Part shown: positions 1 through 13,766 of the stretch, one piece after another
How positions within the stretch are numbered: the stretch's first letter is position 1
How the letters are laid out: the number at the start of each line of letters is the position of its first letter
Assembly (NCBI GenBank): GCA_964016885.1
Contig: OZ024744.1
Location: 41,044,001-41,108,000 of the forward strand
Origin: Eledone cirrhosa
Lineage: Eukaryota
Direction: 5' to 3'
DNA: 64,000 nt
Position numbers and translations under genes: made by a program
The notes under the pieces: model-generated
Told to the model about the DNA's origin: nothing
The model's input: the letters and a program-made list of their open reading frames with translations, nothing else
Database searches by the model: none

Positions 1-734
1 CACACACCCCACCACCACTGATCCTTCTCCACTCACTTCCGTTGTACCACCTTTCTCCACCTTTCCTGACCACTGTTCTCTCCTGGATTACCCGGATACT
101 CCAACACACACATACACACACACATAGACATACCCATACATATACACTTCCACCCTCACACACACACATGTACATAAAACATTCCCACTACAGACCGAAC
201 ACAACTACAACCTTATTGTGGATACAATACACACACACAAGGCAAATTAGGCTTCAACATATGTAAAAACAATAGAAGTACCCCCCTCACACACACGCAT
301 GCACATACACACACGCACACATGCACACACGCACACAGACTCACACACATGCACAGGGCAAATTAGACTCCAACATATGTAAAAACAATAGAAACACCAC
401 ATACACAGACATATACACACATACGTACACACTCTCACACATAAAAAATCACCTATACTCACCGCTTGTAGACACACTCACAGATACTCATTCAACACAC
501 ATGTGATAATATACACATACATGCACAATAACACATGCACACACAAAAAAAGAAAAAACTAAAACTTCACAGATTTCACTTTATAAGATCCAGGACACCG
601 CCTAAAGTCACACCCATCTACCAATTTCTTCCTTTCGACACAACCACACACATGCGACCCCCATACCTTCCACCATGGCCCCTCAAGCTGGACCTTTAAC
701 GCCTCCTATCACTATGTATATATATTTTTGTCCT

Positions 735-1974
735 AAAGAGGAATTTTAGACTGGCTGCCCATGGGAAATTCTATATGCAGATGACCAAACTCTCATAGCT
801 GAGTCCATGGCTGAACTAAAGAAGACGTTCCAAACATGGAAGCATGGCCTAGAATCAAAAGGCCTTAGAGTCAACTTGTCGAAGACTAAAGTTCTAGTAT
901 GTAGAAAGAAGAATAGGGCACAGGTGCTCTCTGGGAAATTGCCATGCTCAGTATGTAGAAAAGGAGTAGGTAGAATTCCATTCTATGCCCCCAAAAAAGA
1001 TGTAGTGGGATCACAGGCAAGCTATCTAAGAATGAAGATTTTTTATGTGGCCGACGCTCAGGTGCAATAAGTAGCAAGGGCCCACTGGATGCTATCTCTT
1101 TCAACTGCAAATATGGTTCTATAGAAATAGTGGACATTTTCTGTTACCTGGGTGACAAAATTAACAGTGGAGGAGGGTGCTCTGAAAGTGTAGTAGTCAG
1201 AGTTAGAACGGGATGGAAAAGGTTCAGAGAGCTTATTGGCCACAGTGGGTTATTCTCTAAAAGTGAAAAGCAGATTGTATGATGCTTGTACGAATGGTGA
1301 TATTACATGGTAGTGAGACTTGGGCATTGTGTGCTGAAGATTTGCCTAGATTAGAAAGAAACGATGCTTGCATGCTCCGATGGATGTGTAATAGTATTGT
1401 GGGCGAAAGTCGAAGCATAAACGAATTGAGAGGGAGACTAAACAAGAGGTATCAAATGTGTTCTGGAGAGTCAATTGCATTGGTATGGCCATGTGATGCT
1501 TATGAAGGACGGCAGCTGTATAAAAGAATGCAGGGCAATGAAAATTGATGGAAGCTACTACGGAGTGGGTAGATCAGGAAAAACATGGGACGAGGTGATA
1601 AAACCTGACATTACTCACTTACATCTCTCTAAGACAATGTCACTGGATCGTGATTTTTTGGGGCGCCATGCAGTTGTACAGAAGATCCGCCTTCCCTTGC
1701 ATACAAACCTACAGTCAGTAGGCACCTCTTAACCCAATATACACCCTACCCCTTCCTCCCGTTTCCGTCCACTGTGAGGGTGACACAACAAAAAGCACCC
1801 AGTCAACACTGTAAATGTGGTTGGCGTTAGGAAGGGCATCCAGCCATAGAAAACCTGACAGAGACACTTCCGTACGAGCGAGACACGGCCTCCCAGCCAT
1901 TTCCGCATCAAATGGAACAAAACCGTATAACCCGTGCTAGTGTGGAAGATGGACGCTAAACAATAATGATGATG

Positions 1975-1977
<3 letters not shown>
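735..1977 (+). mobile_element. RTE-clade LINE, decayed 3' half (RT with Cys-rich insert) plus 3' tail ending in (GAT)n
   Basis: Frameshifted translations CPWEILYADD..LIAES, LESKGLRVNLSKTKVLV, PCSVCRKGVG, LHGSETWAL, WYGHV; tail aggaagggcatccagcc...gctagtgtggaagatggacgctaaac recurs many times in the window. Confidence 0.9.
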
Positions 1978-2004
<27 letters not shown>

Positions 2005-2007
<3 letters not shown>

Positions 2008-2977
2008 CGTTTCTGAATTTGTTTAGCAAGATCCTTTATCTGAAATCGTGTGTTGAAACCGATATTGTTATACTTTGGGAGGGTCATGTTGCCAATAAGA
2101 AACACACGCACCAGTTGCTTTCACTTCAATTTATTATTATAATAAATTTATAATAAATTTATAAATTTATAATAAATTTCTGGTTGGTTGGTTCCACAAC
2201 CAGATAGTTGTTTATATATTGTCATAGTTCTTTCGTCACACACTCTGTGACCTCTTCAGTGACTGGGGATTCCTTTCTTTGTTTCTGTGCCTCTCCTTTG
2301 TTCTGTCCTACGCCATTTTGTTTCTGTGTGTGTGTTGTGTGCTCAGTCTGCGCATGCGCCACACCCGGGTATCTGTGTGTGTTTATGTTCATTTATTTAT
2401 TTGTTTATTTACATGTTACTGGTTGGTTGTTTGTTCTATGTGTGTGTGTGTTTTCATTTTGTCCTTAGTTGTAAGTTGTGATGTTGCTGTTCCACTCATA
2501 TTTTCTATTTAATTTTGGTTGTAATTCTTTTATGTTTATTGCCTCTGTAATTTGTCTAAACATTGCGTCTTTTCTGTGTGTAGATTCTATTTTTATTTCT
2601 ATGTTCTCTAATTTACCCTTGTGTTCTATTTTAGCATGTTGGTAGAGTACAGATGATTCTTTACTATCTTGAAAGTCTCGCCAGTGTTCATTTATCCGTT
2701 CCCCTACACTACGAGCTGTCTCACCTATGTACACTATATTTTTGTCTTTACATTGTCCTTCAGTACATCTTATGCTATACACTACATTTCTAGTTTTACA
2801 GTTAATATGGGGGCTTATTTTACAGGTTATACATTTCTTATCTATACATGAGGGTCTTTGAAAAGGGTATGTCTTGCTAATAAGTGTTTTTACGGAGGTA
2901 CCTGGTCTTTCTACTATCTTAATATTGAGTTTATGGTGCCTGTGTTTCTTATTGGCAACATGACCCTCACAAAGTAT

Positions 2978-2982
<5 letters not shown>
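2005..2982 (-). mobile_element. Penelope-like element 3' fragment (GIY-YIG endonuclease + 3' UTR with HHR), 3' end duplicated in inverted orientation
   Basis: ORF 2465-2782(-) YSIRC..VYIGETARSVGERINEH..RQITEAINIKELQPKLNR; 2062-2110 is the reverse complement of 2935-2982. Confidence 0.85.
2221..2263 (-). ncRNA. Minimal type I hammerhead ribozyme
   Basis: Minus strand GTCA-CTGAAGA-G-GTCACA gagtg TGTGAC-GAAA-GAAC-TA-TGAC; stems I and II pair. Confidence 0.75.
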
Positions 2983-3061
<79 letters not shown>

Positions 3062-3499
3062 ATAGTAATAAATTTGAAGACTAAAATCAAAAGAGGGCTC
3101 GATAAGGATAAATATATATCAAATATATAAGAACCGTAGAGCAAATATGTTATTAAAATAACATTAAAATTTAAACAAATAATCGCTGCTTTCACCCTTA
3201 ACAGGATCTTCTGTGAACGCAGAAGTAAATATTTCGAAAAACGTTGCAACCGAAGGAAGATAGGAAGACGATACTTTGGTTCGTGGAAACGTTCCCTGGC
3301 AAAGAACGGAAAAAAACGAAGATAATACGTCATTATTTGGACCGGTGAGAACAATTACACGCAAGGACAAAAACACGTTTATGTTATAAATGAAGTCGTA
3401 GATTAATATTCTATTAGGTGGTTCGTGGAAACGTTCTCTGGCACTAGTATTCTTACTATTGGCTCCCTCGGTTGAGCACTCTATTGACTTATATGCATC

Positions 3500-5618
3500 A
3501 TGCAGAAACAACATCTGAATATTTCTACAAAGAACATACCCGTACCAAGCACGGAAAACATACCTAAAACTCCTGATACAGATAACAGACGCGTTCATTA
3601 AAAGGTTGCGTTGGCTGCCCTTTATTTCGATAATCAGGGAAAAGCAGACAACAAACAGGATAAATTTGGGTTTAAAACCTACAATAACCCTCCGAGTAAC
3701 CCAGCATTGCAACCCTTCGAAAATGATGTCTTGGAACTCATAAGGAGTATCAAATTTCGGAATAGGAGCAATTCCTTTCAGCAGGACCTGAAGAATAGGA
3801 TTCGTTCTATTAAGGATCCTAATGCCGTGCACGTCCACTCCGACAAAACTGGCAATCTATATTAAGTGGAGCGTATTACTCACCATCAACTGCTACATAA
3901 TGCTGTAACTAAGGATTACCGTAAAACTAATCGGAGCGTCATTAATGACATCAACGATGCTGGGTTCAAAATCACCTCTGATCTCAATATCATGGACCGG
4001 TCTGAACCTCTGGATCCTATTTCTCCCCACTTTACCCTGAAGGATCACAAATCCAATTTTCAGAACAACCCCTCTATTCGGCTTATTAACCCTACGAAGT
4101 CCGATTTAGGTAGACTTAGTAAAAGGATTTTAGATAGAATTATACCTGAAATTAGAAGTTTGGCCCCTCTTGCTCTGTGGAACAATTCTTTCGCGGTGAT
4201 TGATTGGTTCAACGGCAAATGCAACAAGGAACATTGCCGTTTTATCCAATTCGACATCAATAATTACTACTCCTCCATCACTTTACCACTTCTTCTTAGA
4301 TATATCAATTTCGCTATAACACTCACAGTGGTTAAGGATTTCGAAGTTGATGTCACCCTCAATGCCCGTAAGTCGGTGATTAATTTCGATGACTCTATTT
4401 GGATTAGAAAATCTAATAGTACCTCATTCGACATGAGTATGGGCGCCAGCGATTCTGCGGAGGTTACTGATTTTATCGGCCTTTTCCTTCTTTTCTCTAT
4501 CAAGGAAGAATTCCCCAACGTGGGCGGTGGTTTGTACCGTGATGACGGCCTTTTGACCATGACAAAGTGCGATCCACGTGCTTGCGACATGTTCAGAAAA
4601 GAACTCACAGCCTTCTTTAAAGGCTTCAACCGCTCCATACAGGTTGATGCCAACCTCTCGGTCGTGAATTACCTCGACGTTACCCTCAATTTGTCGAATG
4701 GCTTGCACTACCCGTATAGAAAGCCGAATGATACGCTTAATTACACAAGCAAGCATTCTAACTATCCTGCCAACATAACCAAGTACCTGGTAAGAAACGT
4801 TTCTTTGAGGCTTTCCCGTCTATCTACAAACGAGCATATTTTCACCGACCATTCCACATATTACAATGAAGCTCTTGCTCGGAGTGGATTTGTCGACAAG
4901 GTAGCATATACAGAGTATGAGAATAGACCTTGGAAAAATAGATCCCGACGCATTATATGGTATAACCCACCATATAATATGGAGGTAGCCACACCATTAG
5001 CTAAGATTTTCTCTCCCTTATTATGAAGCATTCCCTCCCAGCACATAAATATAGTAACATTTTTAATAGAAATGCCATTAAAATTTCATACTCTACGATT
5101 CCTAACCTTGCACATAACATCACAGCTTCAAATTTAGCTAAATTAGCTAGCCGTAAGAACACGTGCAACCCTGTAGCTAGTACTAACTGCAATTGTAGGA
5201 ATCGGGTTGACTGCCCCCTATCCGGGAAATGCCTCTCTAGTAATATTGTCTACAAATGAAAGGTTGAAACACCCACGTCCCGTAGGGCCTACATAGGGTT
5301 AACCGTCAATAGATTCAAACAGCGTCTTTACAAGCATACCCATTCTTTTCTTAACCCTTTAAGAAGGAATATGACGTCACTTTCAGCTTATATCTGGAGT
5401 CTAAAAGATAACCACACCCAATATTAGTTACACTAGCTAAGGCTAGATCGTATAACGGAAATAAAAGACCATGTGACCTCTGCGCCTCTGAAACCATGGA
5501 AATACTCTACGCCATAGACCACATCTTAAACAAAACATCTGAGGCAATTTCGGCTTGTAAACATAAATTGCACAACACTTTCCTGTATTACAGCCCCACA
5601 TTATACCCTAACGGATAG
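3500..5618 (+). mobile_element. Naiad-type Penelope-like retroelement, near full-length ORF with frameshifts/stops
   Basis: N-terminal STKNIPVP..KRLRW..FGFKT; RT motifs FIQFDINNYYSSI, FDMSMGASDSAEVTDFIG, GLYRDDGL; IIWYNPPY; CNCRNRVDCPLSGKC; GIY-YIG IVYK*..YIGLT; CDLC; ACKH. Confidence 0.92.
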
Positions 5619-6049
5619 TACGAACTATACGCGGATATTTTACGTCTTGATGTGGTAGCTAAGTATATGTTATGTTTATACCATTACTTATTTGTATAGG
5701 TAAGTATATATTACCTGTATGTTTTGTGAAGGTACGTATACTTTCTCGTACGTATATTTGCTTGTATATGTTATAGGCGTATATATTATATTATATATAC
5801 TGGTACATGTGCATATGGTTATGTGTATACGTGAATTTTGCGTTTGTGTGAGTATGCGGGTTCGTACGTATGTAGGGTGTGTGTATATGTGTACTTTGTG
5901 TTTTGGTTGACGTTGTTTAGCAAACATATGTGCATTTACATGTAGGTATGTGTGTGCGCGCGTTATATACGTATTTATGCGTGTATATTTATATACGTTT
6001 ATATAATTATATGTATGCAGGCACACACACACACTCATATATACTCTTT

Positions 6050-6540
6050 TACCTGTTCCAGCCATCCGGCTGAGGACATGCTGGGGCACCGCGCTTTTTG
6101 CTACACATTTCATTTCCAGCCTGTATTGTTTGGCCACTGGTGTAAGAGGGAGTTTGTTGCTGCTGCCCTTAGGTTTCCCTCGTGCCTTGTGTGGACTCAT
6201 CCTGGATCCTGGATAGCAAGGTGTCGAGATGTTTCTTGAAGACATCCACCTCCACACCATGCGGATCTCTCAGATCCATTTGACAGCTTGTTTAAGAGTT
6301 GAGGGGCTTGAATCCCAGGCAATTGCAATATCTGCTCCTTATTTTAGATGTGGAATACGGGACCTTTGTCACCACACAGTGACGTCCTGTTCGACGGTTG
6401 GTCCAGCTCCCAATGCCAAAGTTTGGTGCTAGTCCCTCCAGGATTTTCCACATGTAGATCACTGCGTATCTCTCCCGTCTTCGTTCCAAGGAGTAGAGGT
6501 TCAGTTCTTTTAGCCTCTCCCACTAGCTTCTCTCCTTCAT
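6050..6540 (-). mobile_element. CR1/L2-like LINE 3' end
   Basis: YSLERRRERYAVIYMWKILEGLAPNFGI..RTGRHC, typical post-RT region. Confidence 0.75.
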
Positions 6541-6544
6541 ATTG

Positions 6545-7983
6545 TTAAATTGTTAGGGGTCTGGTTCGGTTCGGACCTACAGACGGACAAACGCTGGGAG
6601 GTGACGAGCAGGGTGGCTTCTCTCACCCAGAAATGGGCGGAGAGGAAGTAATCGCTGAAAGGTCGAGCGGAGGTGTCTAACGCGTACATCACGTCCGTCA
6701 TCTACTACCGCCTGACCGTCGTACCTTGTCCTAAACCCCGCCCGACTGCGCTGGAGCGTTTGTTCTTTCGCTTTTTGTGGAAGGGACGCGCTCCGATGTT
6801 CAGGCGGTCCATCTGCTGTCAACACCCGCTACGTGGGGGGGCTGGGCATGCCGTGGCTAATGATGCGCAGACACGCGCTCAGGCTACGACATCTCCACCT
6901 CTTCCTCGATGGTGATCAGGTGTGGTCGCCGTTTGCTAGACACGTCTTTCCCCAGCTCGTCTCGTTGACGGAGCTGCAGTTCTGGGTCAAGCGAAGACCG
7001 AGAGGGAGCGCTTGGAGACTGGAATGTCTTCAGGCTCTCACAGCCCTCGACCAATCGGGCAATGTGATCGGTGGAAACTCCACCTTGGTGTTCTATAGAG
7101 GATTAGTGGTGGGGAAGAGCGACGACGTACTTTGAGAAACTCTAGGCATCGACGAAAGTCAACTAGCCAATCTCTTCGGAAGGACTTTCGGGCCGGGGCC
7201 TATGGACAACTTCCAGAAATCCCTGGCCTGGCAGTGCTACCGAGGAGCTTTGCCAGTTCGCAATAAACTCTACAGGCATGGAGGTGCCGTCAGCCGGGCA
7301 TGTGCGAGATGCGCGCAGGGCGACGAAACCGTCCTGCACGCACTCGTCCAGTGTCCGAGCATTGCTGACTTGTGGGTTTATGTCAAACACCTGCTGTTAC
7401 GTGTAGGACGGATGCAGCTATCAGCTGAGTCCATCGTGAGGATTGCCCCGCCCTCCTCCTTTAGCCGGGAAGGGCAGGCAGTTTTTATCTGTCTGGTGGC
7501 CATGCCGAAAGAGATAGTATGGTGGACACGTTTGAAAGGGCTGAAGACGAGCACTTACCTCTTCGGTGATGCCCTGATTAACTTTTTCAAATTTCATTTG
7601 AAAAGGAAAATCAGGGTAGAGAGGGAAGTTCTCTCTTCCCAGCATTTTGTTGAAAAATGGGTGAGAGAAGCAAGAATGACCCGAGTGAATGGGCCTACTC
7701 TGAGTATGTGTCTGTAAATTAAAGGTGGAAAACTGGGAGAGGCCTCTTGCCATGTAGGTCAGGGTCACTGTCGCCTTTTAATGGGCTTTCTCCACAAATG
7801 TCCCTCGGAAGTCTCCCACCTATAGGGGAATTTTTCATTGTTATTTTTAATTACATCCTCTGTTTTTTTTTACACGCAGAAATGCCCATTTGTACCGTCC
7901 TGTATTGTCCTGTACTGTCCTTAATGTCTACTTTATGTAAACTCTTGTGGTTAATAAAGAAAGCATTATTATTATTATTATTA
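6545..7983 (+). mobile_element. L1/Tx1-clade LINE, 5'-truncated, with AATAAA and (TTA)n tail
   Basis: LLGVWFG..SLKGRAEV..RFLWKG..GGLGMP; zinc knuckle CARCAQGDETVLHALVQC. Confidence 0.88.
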
Positions 7984-10900
7984 CAGTTGCATTTATCTTG
8001 CTTTATGTTCATACGAGTTATCACCAAGTCACAACCAGTGACCTCAAGAGACAACAAGGTCCGCCATGTTCAAGAAAGAACATACATATTCACACATGCA
8101 TCTTTAGTGTTTAGACTTATGATGTACTTATATTGACAGAATCTTCCTTAGTATATGGGCAGTTCCCATTAATACTATCTTTTGTATTTCTCCAATACGC
8201 GGGTTTCCTGGGATTTGCGATATGTAATCATTAGACCCCTTAGGTATCATTCCCAGAGCGCCTACAACCACTGGTATTGTTTTAGTTCTCAATTTCCACA
8301 TTTTTCCAATTTCTATCTCCAGGTCCTTATACTTGCTCAATTTTTCAAATGTTTTTATAGATACATTCTTGTCTATTGGAACAGACATATCAATTAGCAG
8401 GCATATCCTCTTTTGAAAGTCTTTCAATATTATATCAGGTCTGTTTGCATCTATTTTTCGGTCTGTTTGGATGCTAAAGTTCCACAAGATTGAGATGTGA
8501 TCTTTTTCAAGTATGGGAGGTGGTTGATGCTCCCACCATTTCTTTTGATGGGGCAGGTCAAAATGCTTACACATTATCCAATGTATGTATTGTGCAGCTC
8601 TGTCATGCCTGTTTAGGTATTCGGTTGGAGCTATAGGACTGCACATTGAAATTATATGGTCAATGGTCTCTGGTTGTTTTTTGCATACACGGCATAATGG
8701 GCTGCACCCATTTTTTATTATGTTGGCTTGGTAATTTTTTGTTGGCAGACACTGATCTTGTGCCGATATAATCAGTCCTTCAGTCTCCGATTTCAGTCCA
8801 GAGGATGCCAACCACTGATGGGTTAAAGTTTTGTCAACATCAGGATTGCTAGCTCGCTCTGGGTATTTTCCATACAGAGGCTTTTCTTGCCATTTCTTAG
8901 CCAGTTTCTGTAGCAGTTCTTTCTTTGCAGTTACTTTTACCTGCTTTGCTTTTTCTGTGTTTTCCATTTCAGCAGTAAATAGGACTTCTGAAATTTGTAG
9001 TCCATTACTGTATCTTTGTGCATCTTTTGTAATGGAATATGATCTTTTGATGCTTTCGTGTTTCAAAACAAGTTTGATCATCCAATCATGTGATTCCCTT
9101 AGATATGTAGATAATCCAATTGTTGCAGTTTTCAACGCAATGTCTAACTGGATTAACCCACGTCCTCCTTCTTTCCTAGGGAGATATATTCTATCTATGC
9201 CTGCCTTAGGGTGATGCATTCTGTGCATAGTTAAGAATTTTCGGATTTTTGTATCGAGCCTACGGATCTCTGTGCTTGACCAGTTGATGACATTGTAACT
9301 GTAGGTTACTACTGGTATGGCAAGCGTGTTTATGGCATCGATCCTATTCCTTGCATTCAATTCCGTTCTTAAGATTGCTCTGACTCTGCGGTAACATTCC
9401 TTCCTTATCCTTTCCCTCATTGTCGAGTGCTTGATTCCGTCTCCTTCACAAACACCTAGATATTTGTAAGTTTTTTCTTGATCAAGCTCTCTTATCACGT
9501 TCCCCCGATCAAGATTAATGTCTGAACCCTTCAGCAGCTTTCCTCTGGTGAACGTTGCTTTGGCGCATTTATCCAGTCCAAACTCCATTTTAATGTCATC
9601 ACTGAACTGCTTGACAGTGGATAATAGCCCTTGCAATTGTTCATCATTTTTTGCAAATAGTTTCAGGTCATCCATGTAGAACAGGTGATTAATGGTTTTG
9701 TCATAGACTCTATATCCATGTTTTGTTTCATTGAGCATTTTACTTAATGGTATAAGTGCGATGCAGAATAAAAGCGGTGATAAAGAGACACCCTGAAAAA
9801 TTCCACAATTAATATTAACTTCTCCAGCTTCCAGTGATTTTGTTTCACTAATCAAAAGGAGTGTCGTTCTCCATGTCCTCATACTGAATGACAAAAACCT
9901 CCTGACAACGGGGGATATTTTGAAAATCTCTAAACATTTTTCAATCCAACTGTGTGGCAAACTATCGAATGCTTTTTTATAATCTATCCAAGCAGGTTAT
10001 CGGTCTGTAATTTTGGGGATTGTTTGTCTCATCATTCTTCGGTAGCAGGAATGTAATGCCGTTAACTAACCATGATGGTATCTTTTCTGGCTCCTTAACT
10101 ATTTCATTGTAAAGTTGGGCTAACAGCTCATGAGACTCTGTGAAGGCATTTATCCAAAAGTTTTGTATTTTGTCTTTTCCTGGGGATTTCCATTTGCTGG
10201 TTTTTCTTAGAGCCAAGCGCAGCTGTTCAACTGTTATATTTTCCCATGTTTGTTCTTCAAGGTGAGCTGTTTCTTTCATTTGTCTGTCTATCCATGGGGC
10301 ATGTATGTTATGAACTTTTTCTTCGGCCCAGATCTTTTCCCAGAATTCTTGCACTTCCTCCTTGGGTGGTATTGATTTAGCAGTTATTGTTGACTTACCA
10401 ATTTTTCTGTAGAAGTTTCTTTGGTTGTCTTTGAACATATTATTGTCCTTATAGAATCTAGATCGTTTTTCAAAGCGCCATATATGAGCAGCTTTGGCCG
10501 ACACTTTTTGCTTGATAGTTTCTATCAGCATGTCTATGTCACATGTTGATTTTATACTGTACTTGTTTTTCAATTTTCTAAGTTAAGTTTGTTTAACATG
10601 TTCACCTACTTTATAGTTTGTTAAAATTTCTATGTCAGATCGGAGAAGGTTTATTTGGCGATTGATGTTCTCTTGCCAAGTAGATTTCTTGTGGGAATTC
10701 CTTTGTTTTTTCATCTTCACTCCACATAAGTGAGTGGTGACTTTAGCCGATGCATAATAGAGATGATTTAAATCAGTAATGTTTAGTTTGTTTGTGATGA
10801 TAATGTTTTTGAGAATTATGATTGTCTTGTGTATTATCTTTTGGTTCTGTTTGGAGTTCTGGATCTTAGGGAGGGTGTCTCGTTGCCCCATGTCAGATTC

Positions 10901-11157
10901 TTTCATTTTCATCCATTCGATCATAATTTCATTCTTCAAGTTGGCAAGTTCATTCTCATTCATTTCTTTATCATTTACGATCTCATTATTTTCATTTGGA
11001 GTTTCATCCTGAGAATGCACTCCCTCCACTTTTTCGATCCTTTCTTTAATTTGTTCTGTTGCCAGTGATTCCGCCCCAACCCTGGGATTCGAAGTGTTAC
11101 AGTTTACCTCGTTTTCACTGACACATGTTTCATTTTCCCTTCGCTGACTTTGTGCTA
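7984..11157 (-). mobile_element. R4/Dong-clade non-LTR retrotransposon (RT + CCHC + restriction-like endonuclease), internally deleted
   Basis: WKSPGKD, YRPITCL, GIFQG.SLSPLLF, HLFYMDDLKLFAK, CRVC..ETIDHIISMC, RHD, RPDIIL..IDMSVP..EKLSKYKDL; (TAA)n on both flanks. Confidence 0.92.
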
Positions 11158-11209
<52 letters not shown>

Positions 11210-11212
<3 letters not shown>

Positions 11213-11726
11213 GCCGGGAAGGGCAGGCAGTTTTTATCTGTCTGGTGGCCATGGCGAAAGAGATAGTATGGTGGACACGTTTGAAAGGGCTGAAGACGAG
11301 CACTTACCTCTTCGGTGATGCTCTGATTGACTTTTTCAAATTTCATTTGAAAAGGAAAATCAGAGTAGAAAAGGAAGTGCTCTCTTCCCAGCATTTTGTT
11401 GAAAGATGGGTGAGAGAAGCAAGAATGGCCCGAGTGAATGGGCCGACTCTGAGTATATATCTGTAAACTAAAGGTGGAAAACTGGGAGAGGGCACTTGCC
11501 TTGGTGGTCAGGGTCATTGTGGCTTTTTACTGGGCTTTCTCCACAAATGTCCCTCCGAGGTCTCCCCCCTATTGGGGAATTTTTCATTGTTATTTTCATT
11601 GTTATTTTTGTTACATCCTCTGTTTTTGTTTTTTTACACGCAGAAATGCCCATTTGTACCGTCCTGCATTGTCCTGCACTGTCCTTAATGTCTACTTTAT
11701 GTAAACCCTTGTGGTTAATAAAGAAA

Positions 11727-11760
<34 letters not shown>
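11210..11760 (+). mobile_element. Second, shorter copy of the Tx1/L1 LINE 3' end
   Basis: Closely matches 7460-7983 (SREGQAVFICLVAM..RVNGPTLS); (TTA)n on both sides. Confidence 0.9.
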
Positions 11761-11773
<13 letters not shown>

Positions 11774-11784
11774 GTTGTTGTTAT

Positions 11785-12234
11785 TCGTTGAATCTCAGTC
11801 ATTGATGTTGGTTAACTGGAAAGTCCGTTGGATTGAATATCAAGCCACTACCTGCAGCCTCAGATATTCAGGACGTATCGGAGGGTTCTTGCTGTTCCAA
11901 GCAAGCATGCCTTTTGAAGCGTTCCAAAAAGCGTGAAGGGGCCGATTTTCTTTAACCATCCCTGGAAACTTTTGGAGATAGTCCCCAGTGCGCCTATGAC
12001 AATCGGGATCACTTTGACTTCATGGCTGTTCCAAATCCTTTTCACCTCCCACTTTAGGTCCTGGTATCGGTTAATTTTCTCCCTCTCCTTCTCTTGCACT
12101 CTCGTGTCGAATGGGCAGGCCACATCCACAATCAGGCACGATCTTTTTTCTTTGTCCACAACCACCAGGTCAGGTCTATTGTGTTCCAGTTTTTTGTCCG
12201 TCTGTATCCTAAAATCCCACAGCACCTTCACCTG
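11785..12234 (-). mobile_element. R4/Dong-clade LINE 3' fragment (RLE domain), different family
   Basis: LWDFRIQTDKKLEHNRPDLVVVDK..IVDVACP..EKINRYQDLK..VIPIVIGALG..LQKACLLGTARTLR; (TAA)n flanks. Confidence 0.88.
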
Positions 12235-12342
<108 letters not shown>

Positions 12343-12567
12343 TTTATTTTTATTTTAATTTTACATTTTGCCGTCTTGTATCGCTGTCAACTTAATATAT
12401 ATTTTTCTTAATCCTTATTTTTTATTTGCTTATTTGTATGTGACGGCCTACTATGATTATTTATCCTTGTTTGTGTGTGTGCATATGTATCATTTCATAT
12501 GTGTGTACGTATGCATGTGTGTATATATGTGTGTATGTATGTGTGTGTGTATGTATATATGTATGTG

Positions 12568-12610
<43 letters not shown>

Positions 12611-12645
12611 CTGTGCATGTATATATATATGTGTATATATATATA

Positions 12646-12717
<72 letters not shown>

Positions 12718-12763
12718 TTCCAAATATTAACAAAACAGATAATCTTGTGATCAATTAAATTTT

Positions 12764-12820
12764 ATTATACATATTTCAGAAGTACTGAATTAAGTTCAAC
12801 AGTACGTCCTCATCAGATAA
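12764..12820 (-). ncRNA. Hammerhead ribozyme (type I)
   Basis: TTAT-CTGATGA-GGACGTACTG..CAGTACTTCT-GAAA-TATG-TA-TAATAAA. Confidence 0.65.
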
Positions 12821-13070
12821 AATAAAATGATACATGACATACCCTGACATGGTAGATGGTAAATATTTAATGAAGGTAGTGATTAACTTATGAGAAAACT
12901 CAATATCTATACCCTAATATTGAGAACATGAGAGAACGTAACACAATCAATAGGGAGAGTGTGTGAGTAATATATTTTAAGAAATATATGGAAAATATTT
13001 TACTATAGAGTACTTCCAATCTATTTTAAAACTCATTCTTTGATGTACTCATTGAATCTTGTTTAACTCT

Positions 13071-13137
<67 letters not shown>

Positions 13138-13536
13138 TGGTGTGTTTATGTATGGATATATATATACATAAAGAATTTATATCTAGTAACATTTATATAC
13201 ATACAGATGCATATCAATGCTAGCAAATATATAGGTTTTTTTTAAAATAATTTTATAATTTTCTTATCTTACGTCTCTCATATATATATATATATGTATA
13301 TGTGTGTGTATATATGTCTCTGTGTATATATATGTGTATATATGCGTGTATATATGTATGTATATATGTATATATGTGTGTATATGTGAGTGTGTGTGCG
13401 TGTGTGTGTGTATGTGTGTGTTGTTATATATTCTTATTTATTCTTCTTCTCCGCCCCCTTTTCTCCTCCAGCCTCACTTTCATATCTGTTATATTTTTGT
13501 TTTTCAAATCCACTGTCAATAAAGACGCGAGGATTT

Positions 13537-13596
13537 TTTCATTCTGATGAATGAAAGCAACTTTGGTTGCTTTCAAGAAACCACTGGTAAATGAAA
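13537..13596 (+). ncRNA. Hammerhead ribozyme (type I, canonical)
   Basis: TTTCATT-CTGATGA-AT GAAAGCAAC tttg GTTGCTTTC AA-GAAA-CC act GG-TA-AATGAAA; all three stems pair. Confidence 0.88.
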
Positions 13597-13621
13597 TAAT
13601 TATCTTACGTTGTTTATTACA

Positions 13622-13666
<45 letters not shown>

Positions 13667-13712
13667 GATATTAATAAATGTAAACTATATTTATAAAACC
13701 ATATTTATTTCA

Positions 13713-13766
13713 TTATACATATTTCAAGGATACCATGTTAAATTATGGTATGCCTTCATCAGACAA
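13713..13766 (-). ncRNA. Hammerhead ribozyme (left arm)
   Basis: CTGATGA-AGGCATACCAT aatttaac ATGGTATCCTT-GAAA-TATG-TA, then AATAAA. Confidence 0.75.
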
